A DNA stretch of 64,000 nt, taken from an uncultured delta proteobacterium (GTDB taxonomy: Bacteria > Myxococcota_A > UBA9160 > SMWR01). The number at the start of each line of letters is the position of its first letter. Position 1 is the stretch's first letter. Of this stretch, positions 40,560-48,828 are shown piece by piece. The notes below the pieces were generated by a model. That model worked only from the letters and a program-made list of their open reading frames with translations. It ran no database searches and was not told the DNA's origin. A program made the translations under genes and the position numbers. The stretch is taken from assembly GCA_963832165.1 (NCBI GenBank), contig CAWHTE010000003.1:416001-480000 (forward strand), written 5' to 3'.

Positions 40560-40931
40560 ATGAAGAAGAACACGACCTGGACGATCTGCGGCTTGACGCT
40601 TCTCAGCCTGGCGCTCTACGCCCCCAGCGCTCTCGCGCAGGACGTACAGCAGGAGAAGACCACCACCACGACCACGACCAAGACTTTCAGCTCGGGCACC
40701 GTGAGCACGATGAGCCCCGAGTCGATCGTAATCCGGACGTCGGGGGCGGCAGCTCCGATCACCTACGAGTTCACGGAAACCACGACCTACGTCGACGAGG
40801 CCGGTAATCCGGTCAAGGTCGAGACGGTGAAGACGGGCGTCCCGGTGACGATCTATTACTCGCAGGACGGAGACAAGATGGTCGCCACGAAGGTGGTCGT
40901 GAAGAAGACGGTCAGCCCGCCGAAGGGGTAG
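40560..40931 (+). CDS. Small secreted beta-rich protein (OB-fold/DUF5666-like), paralog 1
   Basis: SD GGGAG; signal peptide ending ALA-Q; Thr run; TETTTYVDEAGNPV...VTIYYSQDGDKMVATKVVVK. Confidence 0.8.
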   Translation: MKKNTTWTICGLTLLSLALYAPSALAQDVQQEKTTTTTTTKTFSSGTVSTMSPESIVIRTSGAAAPITYEFTETTTYVDEAGNPVKVETVKTGVPVTIYYSQDGDKMVATKVVVKKTVSPPKG

Positions 40932-40995
40932 ACCCTTCCCGATTCGTCGAGCATCAGCTCGCAGCAGGTCTCGCGCGCGTCAGCCGGGTGATCTG
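40932..40995 (-). repeat. Degenerate 64-bp copy of an internal hemB segment (41755-41817)
   Basis: Manual alignment about 85% identical, including TCGTCGAGCATCAGCTCGC; minus-strand translation ARETCCELMLDES versus HemB AREALRELMLDES. Confidence 0.85.
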
Positions 40996-41072
40996 ATTGC
41001 ACAATCTGCATCCGCCGCGGCGCATGATTCCGCTGACCGCGCCCCGGATGGCGTCGAGCGCCGTCCGGGGCG

Positions 41073-41088
41073 CGGCACGTCGTTTGCA
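41073..41088 (+). promoter_or_regulatory. Putative sigma54 (-24/-12) promoter
   Basis: CGGCACGTCGTTTGCA with GG-N10-GC spacing, 55 nt upstream of the GTG. Confidence 0.7.
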
Positions 41089-41143
41089 CATTTGGGCGTG
41101 ACGGCGCAATCCGTGCGCCGTGCGATCGAACGGGGGAATCACC

Positions 41144-41506
41144 GTGAACAAGAACGCCCTCCGGACGCTTTGCGGACTGACGCTTCTCGGCGTGGCGCTG
41201 TCTGCCCCGAGCGTCCTCGCGGAACCGGCGCGGCCGAAGAAGCCCACCACGACGACCACCGCCACGATGAATCGGTCGGGATTCGTCAGCGAGCTCGGTC
41301 CGGACACGATCGTGATCCGGACGGCGACGTCGGTTCTGCCCTTCGCCTATCAGTCCACCGAGACCACGACGTTCGTGGACGGCGCCGGGAACCCCGTCCA
41401 GACGGACGTGGTGAAATCCGGCGCGGAGGTGACCATCTACTACTCCAAGTCCGGAGACAAGATGGTCGCCAGCAAGGTGGTCGTGAAGGAGACGCCTAGC
41501 GGCTAG
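41144..41506 (+). CDS. Small secreted beta-rich protein, paralog 2
   Basis: Signal peptide; Thr run; TETTTFVDGAGNPV...VTIYYSKSGDKMVASKVVVK, clearly homologous to 40560-40931. Confidence 0.8.
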   Translation: MNKNALRTLCGLTLLGVALSAPSVLAEPARPKKPTTTTTATMNRSGFVSELGPDTIVIRTATSVLPFAYQSTETTTFVDGAGNPVQTDVVKSGAEVTIYYSKSGDKMVASKVVVKETPSG

Positions 41507-42474
41507 CCGCGCAGCAATCGCGCCGCGTCGAGCGCGCCGTAGGTGAAGATCACGTCGGCGCCCGCGCGCTTGAGCGAGAGCAGGCTCTCGAGCAGACAGC
41601 GGTCGTAGTCGAGCCAACCCCGCTCGGCCGCGGCGCGCAGCATCGCGTACTCGCCGCTCACGTGATAGGCGGCCACCGGCAGTGCCGTGTGATCGCGCAC
41701 CAGGCGGATGATGTCGGCGTAGACGAGGGCGGGCTTCACCATCACCCAGTCGGCACCCTCCGACTCGTCGAGCATCAGCTCGCGCAGCGCCTCGCGCGCG
41801 TTGGCCGGGTCCATCTGGTAGGTCTTCTTGTCGCCGCTGCGCGGCGCCGAGTCGAGCGCCTCGCGGAACGGTCCGTAGAACGCCGAGGCGTACTTCGTGC
41901 AGTAGCTGCCGATCCCGACTTCGGTGAAGCCCGCGCCGTCGAGCGCCTCGCGGATCGCGAGCACGCGGCCGTCCATCATGTCGGAGGGCGCCACGATGTC
42001 GGCGCCGGCCTCTGCGTGCGAGACCGCCATCGCGGCGAGGATCGGCAGCGTCTCGTCGTTGTCGATCCGCTCGCCGATCAGCACGCCGTCGTGGCCGTCC
42101 GACGAATAGGGGTCGAGCGCGACGTCCGTGATCACGAGCAGCTCGGGGTGAGCGGCCTTGAGCGCGCGCACGCTGCGCTGGAGCAGGCCGTCCGGCTTCG
42201 CGCATGCGCTGCCGCGCGGATCCTTTTCGGCGTCGGGGATCACCGGGAACAGCGCCACGCCCGGCACGCCCAGAGCGACGGCTTCCCCGGCCTTCTCGAC
42301 GAGCCGATCGATCGAGAGTCGCGCGTGACCCGGCATCGATTCGATCGGCGACGCGAGCCGCTCGCCCTCCTGCACGAACAGCGGCAGCACGAGGTCGTCG
42401 GGCGAGAGCTGGGTCTCGCGCACGAGGCGGCGCAGCACGGGATTCCGGCGATTGCGGCGCGGGCGGATCAACAC
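41503..42474 (-). CDS. hemB: Porphobilinogen synthase
   Basis: RPRRNR, DVALDPYSSDGHDG (Asp-rich, non-Zn type), APSDMMDGR, KYASAFYGPFR, YQMDPAN, MVKPA and AYHVSGEY. Confidence 0.96.
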   Translation of the reverse strand: MLIRPRRNRRNPVLRRLVRETQLSPDDLVLPLFVQEGERLASPIESMPGHARLSIDRLVEKAGEAVALGVPGVALFPVIPDAEKDPRGSACAKPDGLLQRSVRALKAAHPELLVITDVALDPYSSDGHDGVLIGERIDNDETLPILAAMAVSHAEAGADIVAPSDMMDGRVLAIREALDGAGFTEVGIGSYCTKYASAFYGPFREALDSAPRSGDKKTYQMDPANAREALRELMLDESEGADWVMVKPALVYADIIRLVRDHTALPVAAYHVSGEYAMLRAAAERGWLDYDRCLLESLLSLKRAGADVIFTYGALDAARLLRG

Positions 42475-42488
42475 GCCGCCATGTTACC

Positions 42489-42923
42489 TCACGAAAAGTC
42501 CGCGTCGCTGAACTGGGCGAGCCGCTCGATCCACCACTTGGGCGCCTGCGACATCAGCGTGTTCAGGTCCCAGTAGTCGCGCCAGAGCGTGATCTTGCCT
42601 TTGCGCACCTCGTGGATCGTCACGAACGGGTTGGTGACCTTCTCGCCGGTCTCGAAGTGCCAGGTCTCGGTGTGCTCGATCACCACGGTGTCGCCGTCGG
42701 CCACCACGCGGTGGATCTCGTGCTCGAATCGCTGCACGGGGTCGAGCCCGAGCCGCAGCCGTTTCACGACATTCTCGGGTCCGACCGCGCCTTCGTCGGG
42801 CGTCGGCACGTCCTCGTAGAAGCCGTGCTCGTCGATCAGCGACGCCACACCTTCCCAGTCCTTCTGGTAGAGGCAGTTCCACATCCGATGGACGATCTCG
42901 CGATTGCTCTGCTGCTGGCTCAT
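42489..42923 (-). CDS. NTF2-like / limonene-1,2-epoxide hydrolase family protein
   Basis: YEDVP, EHTETW and EVRKGKITLWRDYWD. Confidence 0.8.
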   Translation of the reverse strand: MSQQQSNREIVHRMWNCLYQKDWEGVASLIDEHGFYEDVPTPDEGAVGPENVVKRLRLGLDPVQRFEHEIHRVVADGDTVVIEHTETWHFETGEKVTNPFVTIHEVRKGKITLWRDYWDLNTLMSQAPKWWIERLAQFSDADFS

Positions 42924-42938
42924 GCGGCCCTCCGCTGT

Positions 42939-44351
42939 CTAGTTACTCGGCCCGTCGTCGCGGTGCCAGACCAGATCTCCAGCGCACCACGTGGCGCGCA
43001 CGCCGTCGCTCGAGAGTCGCACGCGCGCGTCGCGCCACGGGCGGTCGAGCAGGCACAGGTCTGCGGGTGCCCCGATCGCGACGGTGCGTGCGGGCCCGCC
43101 GGGATCGCAGAGCGGCGCCGCGTAGAGCGCGAGCGCCTGCTCGGGCGAGACCGCTTCACCGGGGCCGAGCGTCGCCCCGTCGCCTGTCGTGCGGCTCACC
43201 GCCGCCGCCATCGCGCGCCAGGGATCCGGCGAGCCGTAGGGCGCGTCGCTGCCCGCCGCGAGCGGCACTCCGGCCGCGAGCCAGCCGCGCGCGCGGTAGA
43301 GCCACGGCAGGTCTTCGGGATCGACATCGCGGCGGTAGTCGTCGCCGCGTTCCGCGAGAAAGTGCGGCTGCGTGACGACGCGCAGCCCCAGCTGCGCGGC
43401 GAGCGCGACGAGCTCGGGCGGCGCGACGGACGCGTGCTCGAGCCGGTCGCCGGGGCGCGTCCCCGCGTCGCGGAGTGCGGCCGCTGCGAACATCCCCTGC
43501 GCGCGTGTGACGCAGTGAACGGCGAAGCTTCGACCCGCACCGTGGGCGGCGCGGATCCGCGCGCAGAAGTCGTCGAAGTCGGGCAAGAGCGTCTCGTCGA
43601 GCAGGGCCTTCACCGCGCCGCGCGCCACGCGCGCCGAGCCGGGCTCGGGCAGATCCGGCTCACCCATCACCAGCAGCTGCTGCGGCAGCGCTCCGCGCTC
43701 GGCGGCGTCGCAGAGTCGGCGCAGCGCGGCCGCGTCGTTCCCGGCGCTCGCGTCGGTCGCGCCCGTCACGCCGAACGACGCGAGCTGCGCGCCCACGCCG
43801 GCGAGGTCGGGTGCCTCGCCGCGCACCTGCTCGCGCAGCCACGCGTCGGCGCGGAAGAGCCGCCCCGTGACGCGGCCGCGCGGATCGCGCTCGGCGCCCT
43901 CGGGCCAGACCGCCCCCGCGCGTTCGAGCTCGGCCACGCCGGCCGAGTTGAGCACCCAGAGAGCGCCGGTGCGGTGCTGTACGCGCAGCGGCCGATCCGC
44001 GACCCACGCGTCGAGGCGATCGCGGTCGAGCGGTCCCGCCACCGACTCGTGATAGGCGACGCCGCGCAGCCAGCCGCGCCCGCGCTCGGACGCGTGGCGC
44101 AGCGCCGCCGCGAGCTGATCGGCGGTCGCGACCGCGGGCGGGCCGCACGCGATCGACGTCTGCGCGGCGGCGAGCGCGTGCAGGTGTACGTGGTGGTCGT
44201 GCAGGCCCGGGATCAGCGCGCCGCCGCGCGCCTCGAGCACGGGCTCATCGGCCTGCCGCGCCAGTGCAGCGCCGATCTGCGCGATCCGACCGCGCGTCAC
44301 CCGCACATCGAGCGGTGCGCGCCCGTCGATCTCGGCGCCGCGGATCAGCAC
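42939..44351 (-). CDS. Amidohydrolase family 3 protein
   Basis: IPGLHDHHVH, AVHCVT, RLEHAS, TQP and AGSDAP. Confidence 0.85.
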   Translation of the reverse strand: MLIRGAEIDGRAPLDVRVTRGRIAQIGAALARQADEPVLEARGGALIPGLHDHHVHLHALAAAQTSIACGPPAVATADQLAAALRHASERGRGWLRGVAYHESVAGPLDRDRLDAWVADRPLRVQHRTGALWVLNSAGVAELERAGAVWPEGAERDPRGRVTGRLFRADAWLREQVRGEAPDLAGVGAQLASFGVTGATDASAGNDAAALRRLCDAAERGALPQQLLVMGEPDLPEPGSARVARGAVKALLDETLLPDFDDFCARIRAAHGAGRSFAVHCVTRAQGMFAAAALRDAGTRPGDRLEHASVAPPELVALAAQLGLRVVTQPHFLAERGDDYRRDVDPEDLPWLYRARGWLAAGVPLAAGSDAPYGSPDPWRAMAAAVSRTTGDGATLGPGEAVSPEQALALYAAPLCDPGGPARTVAIGAPADLCLLDRPWRDARVRLSSDGVRATWCAGDLVWHRDDGPSN

Positions 44352-45709
44352 GCGAGCTCCCGCCGCAACGCCTCGGTGTCGGCGCCCGCCGCACGAGCAC
44401 TCGCGGGCGCGCAGCGCGCGCGCGGCGCGGCCACCGGAGCCTCGTCGCCGCCGACCGCGACGCGCGCGCGATCCGCGGCCCCTGATACCTCGCACTCGCC
44501 GCTCGGCGCGAATGCGAGCGCGTGTGCGGTCACGTCGCAGAGCGCGAGGTCGAGCAGCACGCCGCCGCCCGCGCGCCAGCTCGCCCAGGTGGCGACGGCC
44601 GCGTGCAGCCCCGTGAGCGGATCCGCGATCGCATCGCCACAGAACAGCGGCCCGTCTTCATCGGCGACCGCGTGCGCCGCACCCGCGGCCACGGCGGCGT
44701 CGTCGCCGAACGCGACGCGGCCGGGCGGTGCGTCGGTGCGCCCGTAGCCCGTGATGCTCGTCCACACGCGGCCCGTGCGCGCGGCCACGAACGCTTCGGC
44801 GTCGATCCCGAGCTGGGCGAGCGCGCGCGGTCGCGCGCTCTCGATCACGACGTCCGCGGACGCGATCAGCGCGTCGAGCAGCGCCGCGTCGCGCGCGTCG
44901 CGGAAGTCGAGCACGGCGCTGCGCTTGCGCGCGTTCAACACGGCGTAGAACCGGGGCTCGCCCGCGCGCGCGCCGTCGAGCCGCTGCGCGCTCTCGATCT
45001 TGATCACGTCCGCGCCCGCGTCGGCGAGCAGCTCGGCGCACAGCGGGCCTGCCCAGAGCGCGGAGAAATCGAGCACGCGCGGCGCGCGGCGCGGCGGCTC
45101 GCCGCGCGGGCCGCACGCGGCCGCGCGGACCCAGCTCGGTGAGCCCAAGGGCGCCGGCGCGGCCGGTGCGAACGCGAGCCCGAGCCAGCGCGCGCGCTCG
45201 GCGAGCCATGCGAGCGGGCGCCGCGGAAGCTCGCGCGCCGCGAGCTCCCAGTCCCACCCCGCGCCCAACTCCACCTCGAGCCATGCGGGCAGCGCGCGCC
45301 GGTCGTCGTCGCGCGCGAGTGTCAGTGCGGCCCAGCCGTCGGCGGCGCGCAGCAGTCGGCAGGCTCCGCCCGGCGCGACGCGCCCGCGGCGCTCGAGACC
45401 GAACAGCGCCGCGCGCTCCGCGAGCAGCCCGGCGGGATCTTCCGGCGCGCGCGCGCCCAGCGCCGCGAGCGCGCGACCCGCACCAGCCGCGCACGAGGCG
45501 AGCGCACCGCACGGCACGCGCGGCAGGGCTTCGGGCCTGCCCGTGAGCGCCATGGCGCCGCTCTCGGCCCACGCGAGCGCGGGGTGGCGATCGTCGGGGC
45601 CCGGCCTCGATGCGACCCGCAGGCCGAGATCTGCGAGCAACCGGCGCGCGTAATCCGACGCCGCGCCCGTACCCGCCACCTCGACGCGCTCGGACGGGGG
45701 GCTCGCCAC
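44345..45709 (-). CDS. CoA-transferase family III (CaiB/BaiF-like)
   Basis: RVLDFSALWAGP, GADVIKIES, ADVVIESARP, SITGYG and IADPLTG. Confidence 0.85.
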   Translation of the reverse strand: MASPPSERVEVAGTGAASDYARRLLADLGLRVASRPGPDDRHPALAWAESGAMALTGRPEALPRVPCGALASCAAGAGRALAALGARAPEDPAGLLAERAALFGLERRGRVAPGGACRLLRAADGWAALTLARDDDRRALPAWLEVELGAGWDWELAARELPRRPLAWLAERARWLGLAFAPAAPAPLGSPSWVRAAACGPRGEPPRRAPRVLDFSALWAGPLCAELLADAGADVIKIESAQRLDGARAGEPRFYAVLNARKRSAVLDFRDARDAALLDALIASADVVIESARPRALAQLGIDAEAFVAARTGRVWTSITGYGRTDAPPGRVAFGDDAAVAAGAAHAVADEDGPLFCGDAIADPLTGLHAAVATWASWRAGGGVLLDLALCDVTAHALAFAPSGECEVSGAADRARVAVGGDEAPVAAPRARCAPASARAAGADTEALRRELAC

Positions 45710-45776
45710 GGCCGCGATTCTACCGGAGTGGTGTAAATTGCCCGGTCGCAACCCGCGTCTCGAGGAACGAACCCCC

Positions 45777-46085
45777 ATGCCCCAACTCAAGCCCGGCACC
45801 CGCATCAAGAGCGCCGTGTGCGCGACGGAATTGATGGTGATCCAGGCCCCCGCCGGCGACACGGACGTGCGCTGTGGCGGTGCGCCGATGCTCGGGATGA
45901 GCGATCCCAAGCCCGAGCGTGCGATCGACCCCAACCTCAAGGCGGGCAGCCAGATCGGCAAGCGCTACGTGGACATGGGCGGGACGATCGAGCTCCTGTG
46001 CACGAAACCCGGCGAGGGCACGCTTGCACTCGGCGACGCGCCGCTCGTGCTCAAGGAAGCCAAGCCGCTGCCCGCGTCGGATTAG
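45777..46085 (+). CDS. Small hypothetical protein with internal duplication and three Cys
   Basis: SD GAGGA; MPQLKPGTRIKSAVCATELMV...CGGAPM...GKRYVD...ELLCTKPGEGTL. Confidence 0.75.
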   Translation: MPQLKPGTRIKSAVCATELMVIQAPAGDTDVRCGGAPMLGMSDPKPERAIDPNLKAGSQIGKRYVDMGGTIELLCTKPGEGTLALGDAPLVLKEAKPLPASD

Positions 46086-46091
46086 TCGCGC

Positions 46092-47144
46092 ATGGCGAGC
46101 ACACCGTTCCGTGTCTCGCCGCGACCCGCCACTCCGATCCTGTCGCTCGCGAGAGCGATCGAGCGCCTGCAGACGCCGGACGTGTACGAGGCCTACTCGC
46201 CGCTCACGGGCGAGCCGCTGTTCGCAGTCGACCTCGGCGCGGAGACGCGCTGGCCCGAGGAGATCGCGCTCGCGGTCGCGCGCGAGGCGCTCGCCGAGCT
46301 GCCGTGCCCGTCGATCGCGCTCGCGCAGGGCCTGCTCGCACCGGCCGCGGAAGCGCTACTCGCCGAGTTCGACACGGTCGTGGCGACGCCGCAGGAGCTC
46401 GAGCTCGTGGCGGACGGCGTGTTCGGGCATCCGCTGGCGGCGCAGGCGCTCGCGCAGCTGTTGCGCCTCTCGGCCGGAAGCTCGGTGCACGAGGGCCTCG
46501 TGGCCGAATCGCTCGTGTACTCGACGCTCCAATCGGGCCCCGAGTTCGCAGCGTGGCTCGCTGCGCGCCCCGACCCGAAGCCGCGCCCGCAGCCCGACGG
46601 TCCCGCGGTGCGCATCGATCGCGTCGAGGGGCGTCTCGAGCTCTGGCTCAATCGGCCCGAGAAGCGCAACGCATTCTCCGCCGAGATGCGCGATGCGCTC
46701 TGCGAGGGACTCGCGCTCGCGGTGATGGACCGCAGCGTCGAACGCATCTCGCTGCGCGGCGAGGGGCCGGTGTTCTGCAGCGGCGGCGATCTCGACGAGT
46801 TCGGCACGCTGCCCGATCCGTCCACCGCGCACGCGATCCGCTCCACGCGCCATCCCGCGCGCCTGCTGCACGCGCTCGAGCCCCGCGTCGACTGCGTGGT
46901 GCACGGTACCTGCGTGGGCGCGGGCGCCGAGCTGCCCGCGTTCGCCACGCGCGTCGTCGCGCGCCCCGACGCCTCGTTCCGGCTGCCCGAGCTCTCGATG
47001 GGGCTCGTGCCGGGCGCTGGGGGCACCGTGAGCCTGCCGCGCCGGATCGGCCGCCAGCGCACGGCGTGGCTCGCGCTCACGGGCGCTGCGATCGACGTCG
47101 AAACCGCGCTCTCGTGGCGCCTCGTGGACTCGATCGCCGAGTAG
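46092..47144 (+). CDS. Enoyl-CoA hydratase/isomerase family protein
   Basis: LNRPEKRNA, FCSGGDL, VGAGAEL and PELSMGLVPGAGGT. Confidence 0.85.
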   Translation: MASTPFRVSPRPATPILSLARAIERLQTPDVYEAYSPLTGEPLFAVDLGAETRWPEEIALAVAREALAELPCPSIALAQGLLAPAAEALLAEFDTVVATPQELELVADGVFGHPLAAQALAQLLRLSAGSSVHEGLVAESLVYSTLQSGPEFAAWLAARPDPKPRPQPDGPAVRIDRVEGRLELWLNRPEKRNAFSAEMRDALCEGLALAVMDRSVERISLRGEGPVFCSGGDLDEFGTLPDPSTAHAIRSTRHPARLLHALEPRVDCVVHGTCVGAGAELPAFATRVVARPDASFRLPELSMGLVPGAGGTVSLPRRIGRQRTAWLALTGAAIDVETALSWRLVDSIAE

Positions 47145-47159
47145 CAGGGGAGCCGCCCG

Positions 47160-48827
47160 TTGAACGATCGATCGAATGCTGGTTCCGCGCCCACCGGCCG
47201 CGGCCAGAGCGAGTGGATGGTCATCGGAGCGTCGTCGCTCGGCACGATGTTCGAGTGGTACGACTTCTTCCTCTACGGCTCGCTCGCCGCCAACATCGCG
47301 AGCCAGTTCTTCTCTGCCGCCAACGAGACGAGTGCGTTCATCTTCGCGCTGGCTGCATTCGCCGCGGGGTTCCTCGTGCGCCCGTTCGGCGCTCTCGTGT
47401 TCGGGCGCATCGGCGACGTCGTCGGCCGCAAGAGCACGTTCCTGGTCACGATGGCGATCATGGGGTTCGCGACGTTCCTGGTCGGGCTGCTGCCGAGCTA
47501 TGCGCAGATCGGCATGGCGGCACCGATCGTGCTCGTCGGTCTGCGGCTGTTGCAGGGGCTCGCGCTCGGCGGCGAGTACGGCGGCGCGGCGATCTACGTC
47601 GCCGAGCACGCGCCGCCCCACCGGCGCGGCTTCTACACGAGCTGGATCAACGCGATGGCGACGGCGGGTCTGCTGCTCTCGCTGCTCGTGATCATGGCCA
47701 CACGCGCGAGCATGAGCGTGGGTGACTTCGCGGCGTGGGGGTGGCGCATCCCGTTCCTCGCATCGGCGCTGCTGCTCGGGATCTCGCTGTGGATCCGCCT
47801 GCGGCTCGAGGAGAGCCCGGTCTTCCGACGCATGAAGGCCGAGGCCACCACATCGAAGGCGCCGCTCGCCGAAGCGTTCGGAAACTGGGGCAACGTGAAG
47901 CTCGTGCTCGCGGCGCTGTTCGGGGCGGTCGTGGGCTCGGCCACGATCTGGTACACGGGACAGTTCTACTCGCTGTTCTTTCTCGAGCGCGTTCTCAGAG
48001 TGGACGGGCTCACGGCGGCCGAGCTCGTGACGATCGCCCTCGCGCTCGCGGCGCCGTCGTATGTCTTCTTCGGCTGGCTCAGCGACCGGATCGGACGCAA
48101 GACCGTGATCATGACGGCGTTCGCGCTCGCCGTGCTCAGCTTCTTCCCGGCATTTCGTGTGCTGACCGAGGCGGCGAATCCGAAGCTCGCGCGCGCTCAG
48201 GAGTCAGCGCCCGTCGTCGTGCACGCGGATCCCGCGGCGTGCTCGTTCCAGTTCGATCCGGTGGGAGGCAACGCGTTCGACGAGCAATCGTGTGACGTCG
48301 CCAAGTCGTTCCTTTCCCAGGCGGGCGTCAGCTACGAGACCGCGCCCGTTGCGGCGGGCGTGGCCGCCCAGATCCACATCGGTGCCGTGGTGGTGAAGGC
48401 GCCAGAGCTCGGCGCCGTACCGCGCGACGAACGCCAGGCCGCCGTGAGCGCGTTCCGGGGCGAAGCGCGCGCTGCGCTCGACGCGGCCGGCTATCCCGCG
48501 ACGGCGGACGCGGACGAGATCAACCGGCCGCTCGTGGTCGCGATCGTGGCGTATCTCGCCATCATCGCCGCAATGGGTTATGCGCCGCTCGCCGCGCTCT
48601 TCGTCGAGCTGTTCCCGGCCCGCATCCGCTACACGTCGCTGTCGCTGCCGTACCACCTGGGAACGGGATGGGTCGGAGGGCTGCTCCCCACGACCGCATT
48701 CGCAGTCGTCGCGGCGACCGGCGATATCTATTCGGGCCTGTGGTATCCGATCGCGTTCGCGTCGCTCTCGCTGGTCGTGGGGCTCTGGGCGTTGCCCGAG
48801 ACGAACGGTCGCGACATCGACGCCTGA
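47160..48827 (+). CDS. MFS transporter, MHS family
   Basis: GTMFEWYDF, RPFGA, GDVVGRK, RLLQGLALGGEYGGA, WGWRIPFL and ELFPARIRY. Confidence 0.92.
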   Translation: MNDRSNAGSAPTGRGQSEWMVIGASSLGTMFEWYDFFLYGSLAANIASQFFSAANETSAFIFALAAFAAGFLVRPFGALVFGRIGDVVGRKSTFLVTMAIMGFATFLVGLLPSYAQIGMAAPIVLVGLRLLQGLALGGEYGGAAIYVAEHAPPHRRGFYTSWINAMATAGLLLSLLVIMATRASMSVGDFAAWGWRIPFLASALLLGISLWIRLRLEESPVFRRMKAEATTSKAPLAEAFGNWGNVKLVLAALFGAVVGSATIWYTGQFYSLFFLERVLRVDGLTAAELVTIALALAAPSYVFFGWLSDRIGRKTVIMTAFALAVLSFFPAFRVLTEAANPKLARAQESAPVVVHADPAACSFQFDPVGGNAFDEQSCDVAKSFLSQAGVSYETAPVAAGVAAQIHIGAVVVKAPELGAVPRDERQAAVSAFRGEARAALDAAGYPATADADEINRPLVVAIVAYLAIIAAMGYAPLAALFVELFPARIRYTSLSLPYHLGTGWVGGLLPTTAFAVVAATGDIYSGLWYPIAFASLSLVVGLWALPETNGRDIDA

Positions 48828-48828
48828 G

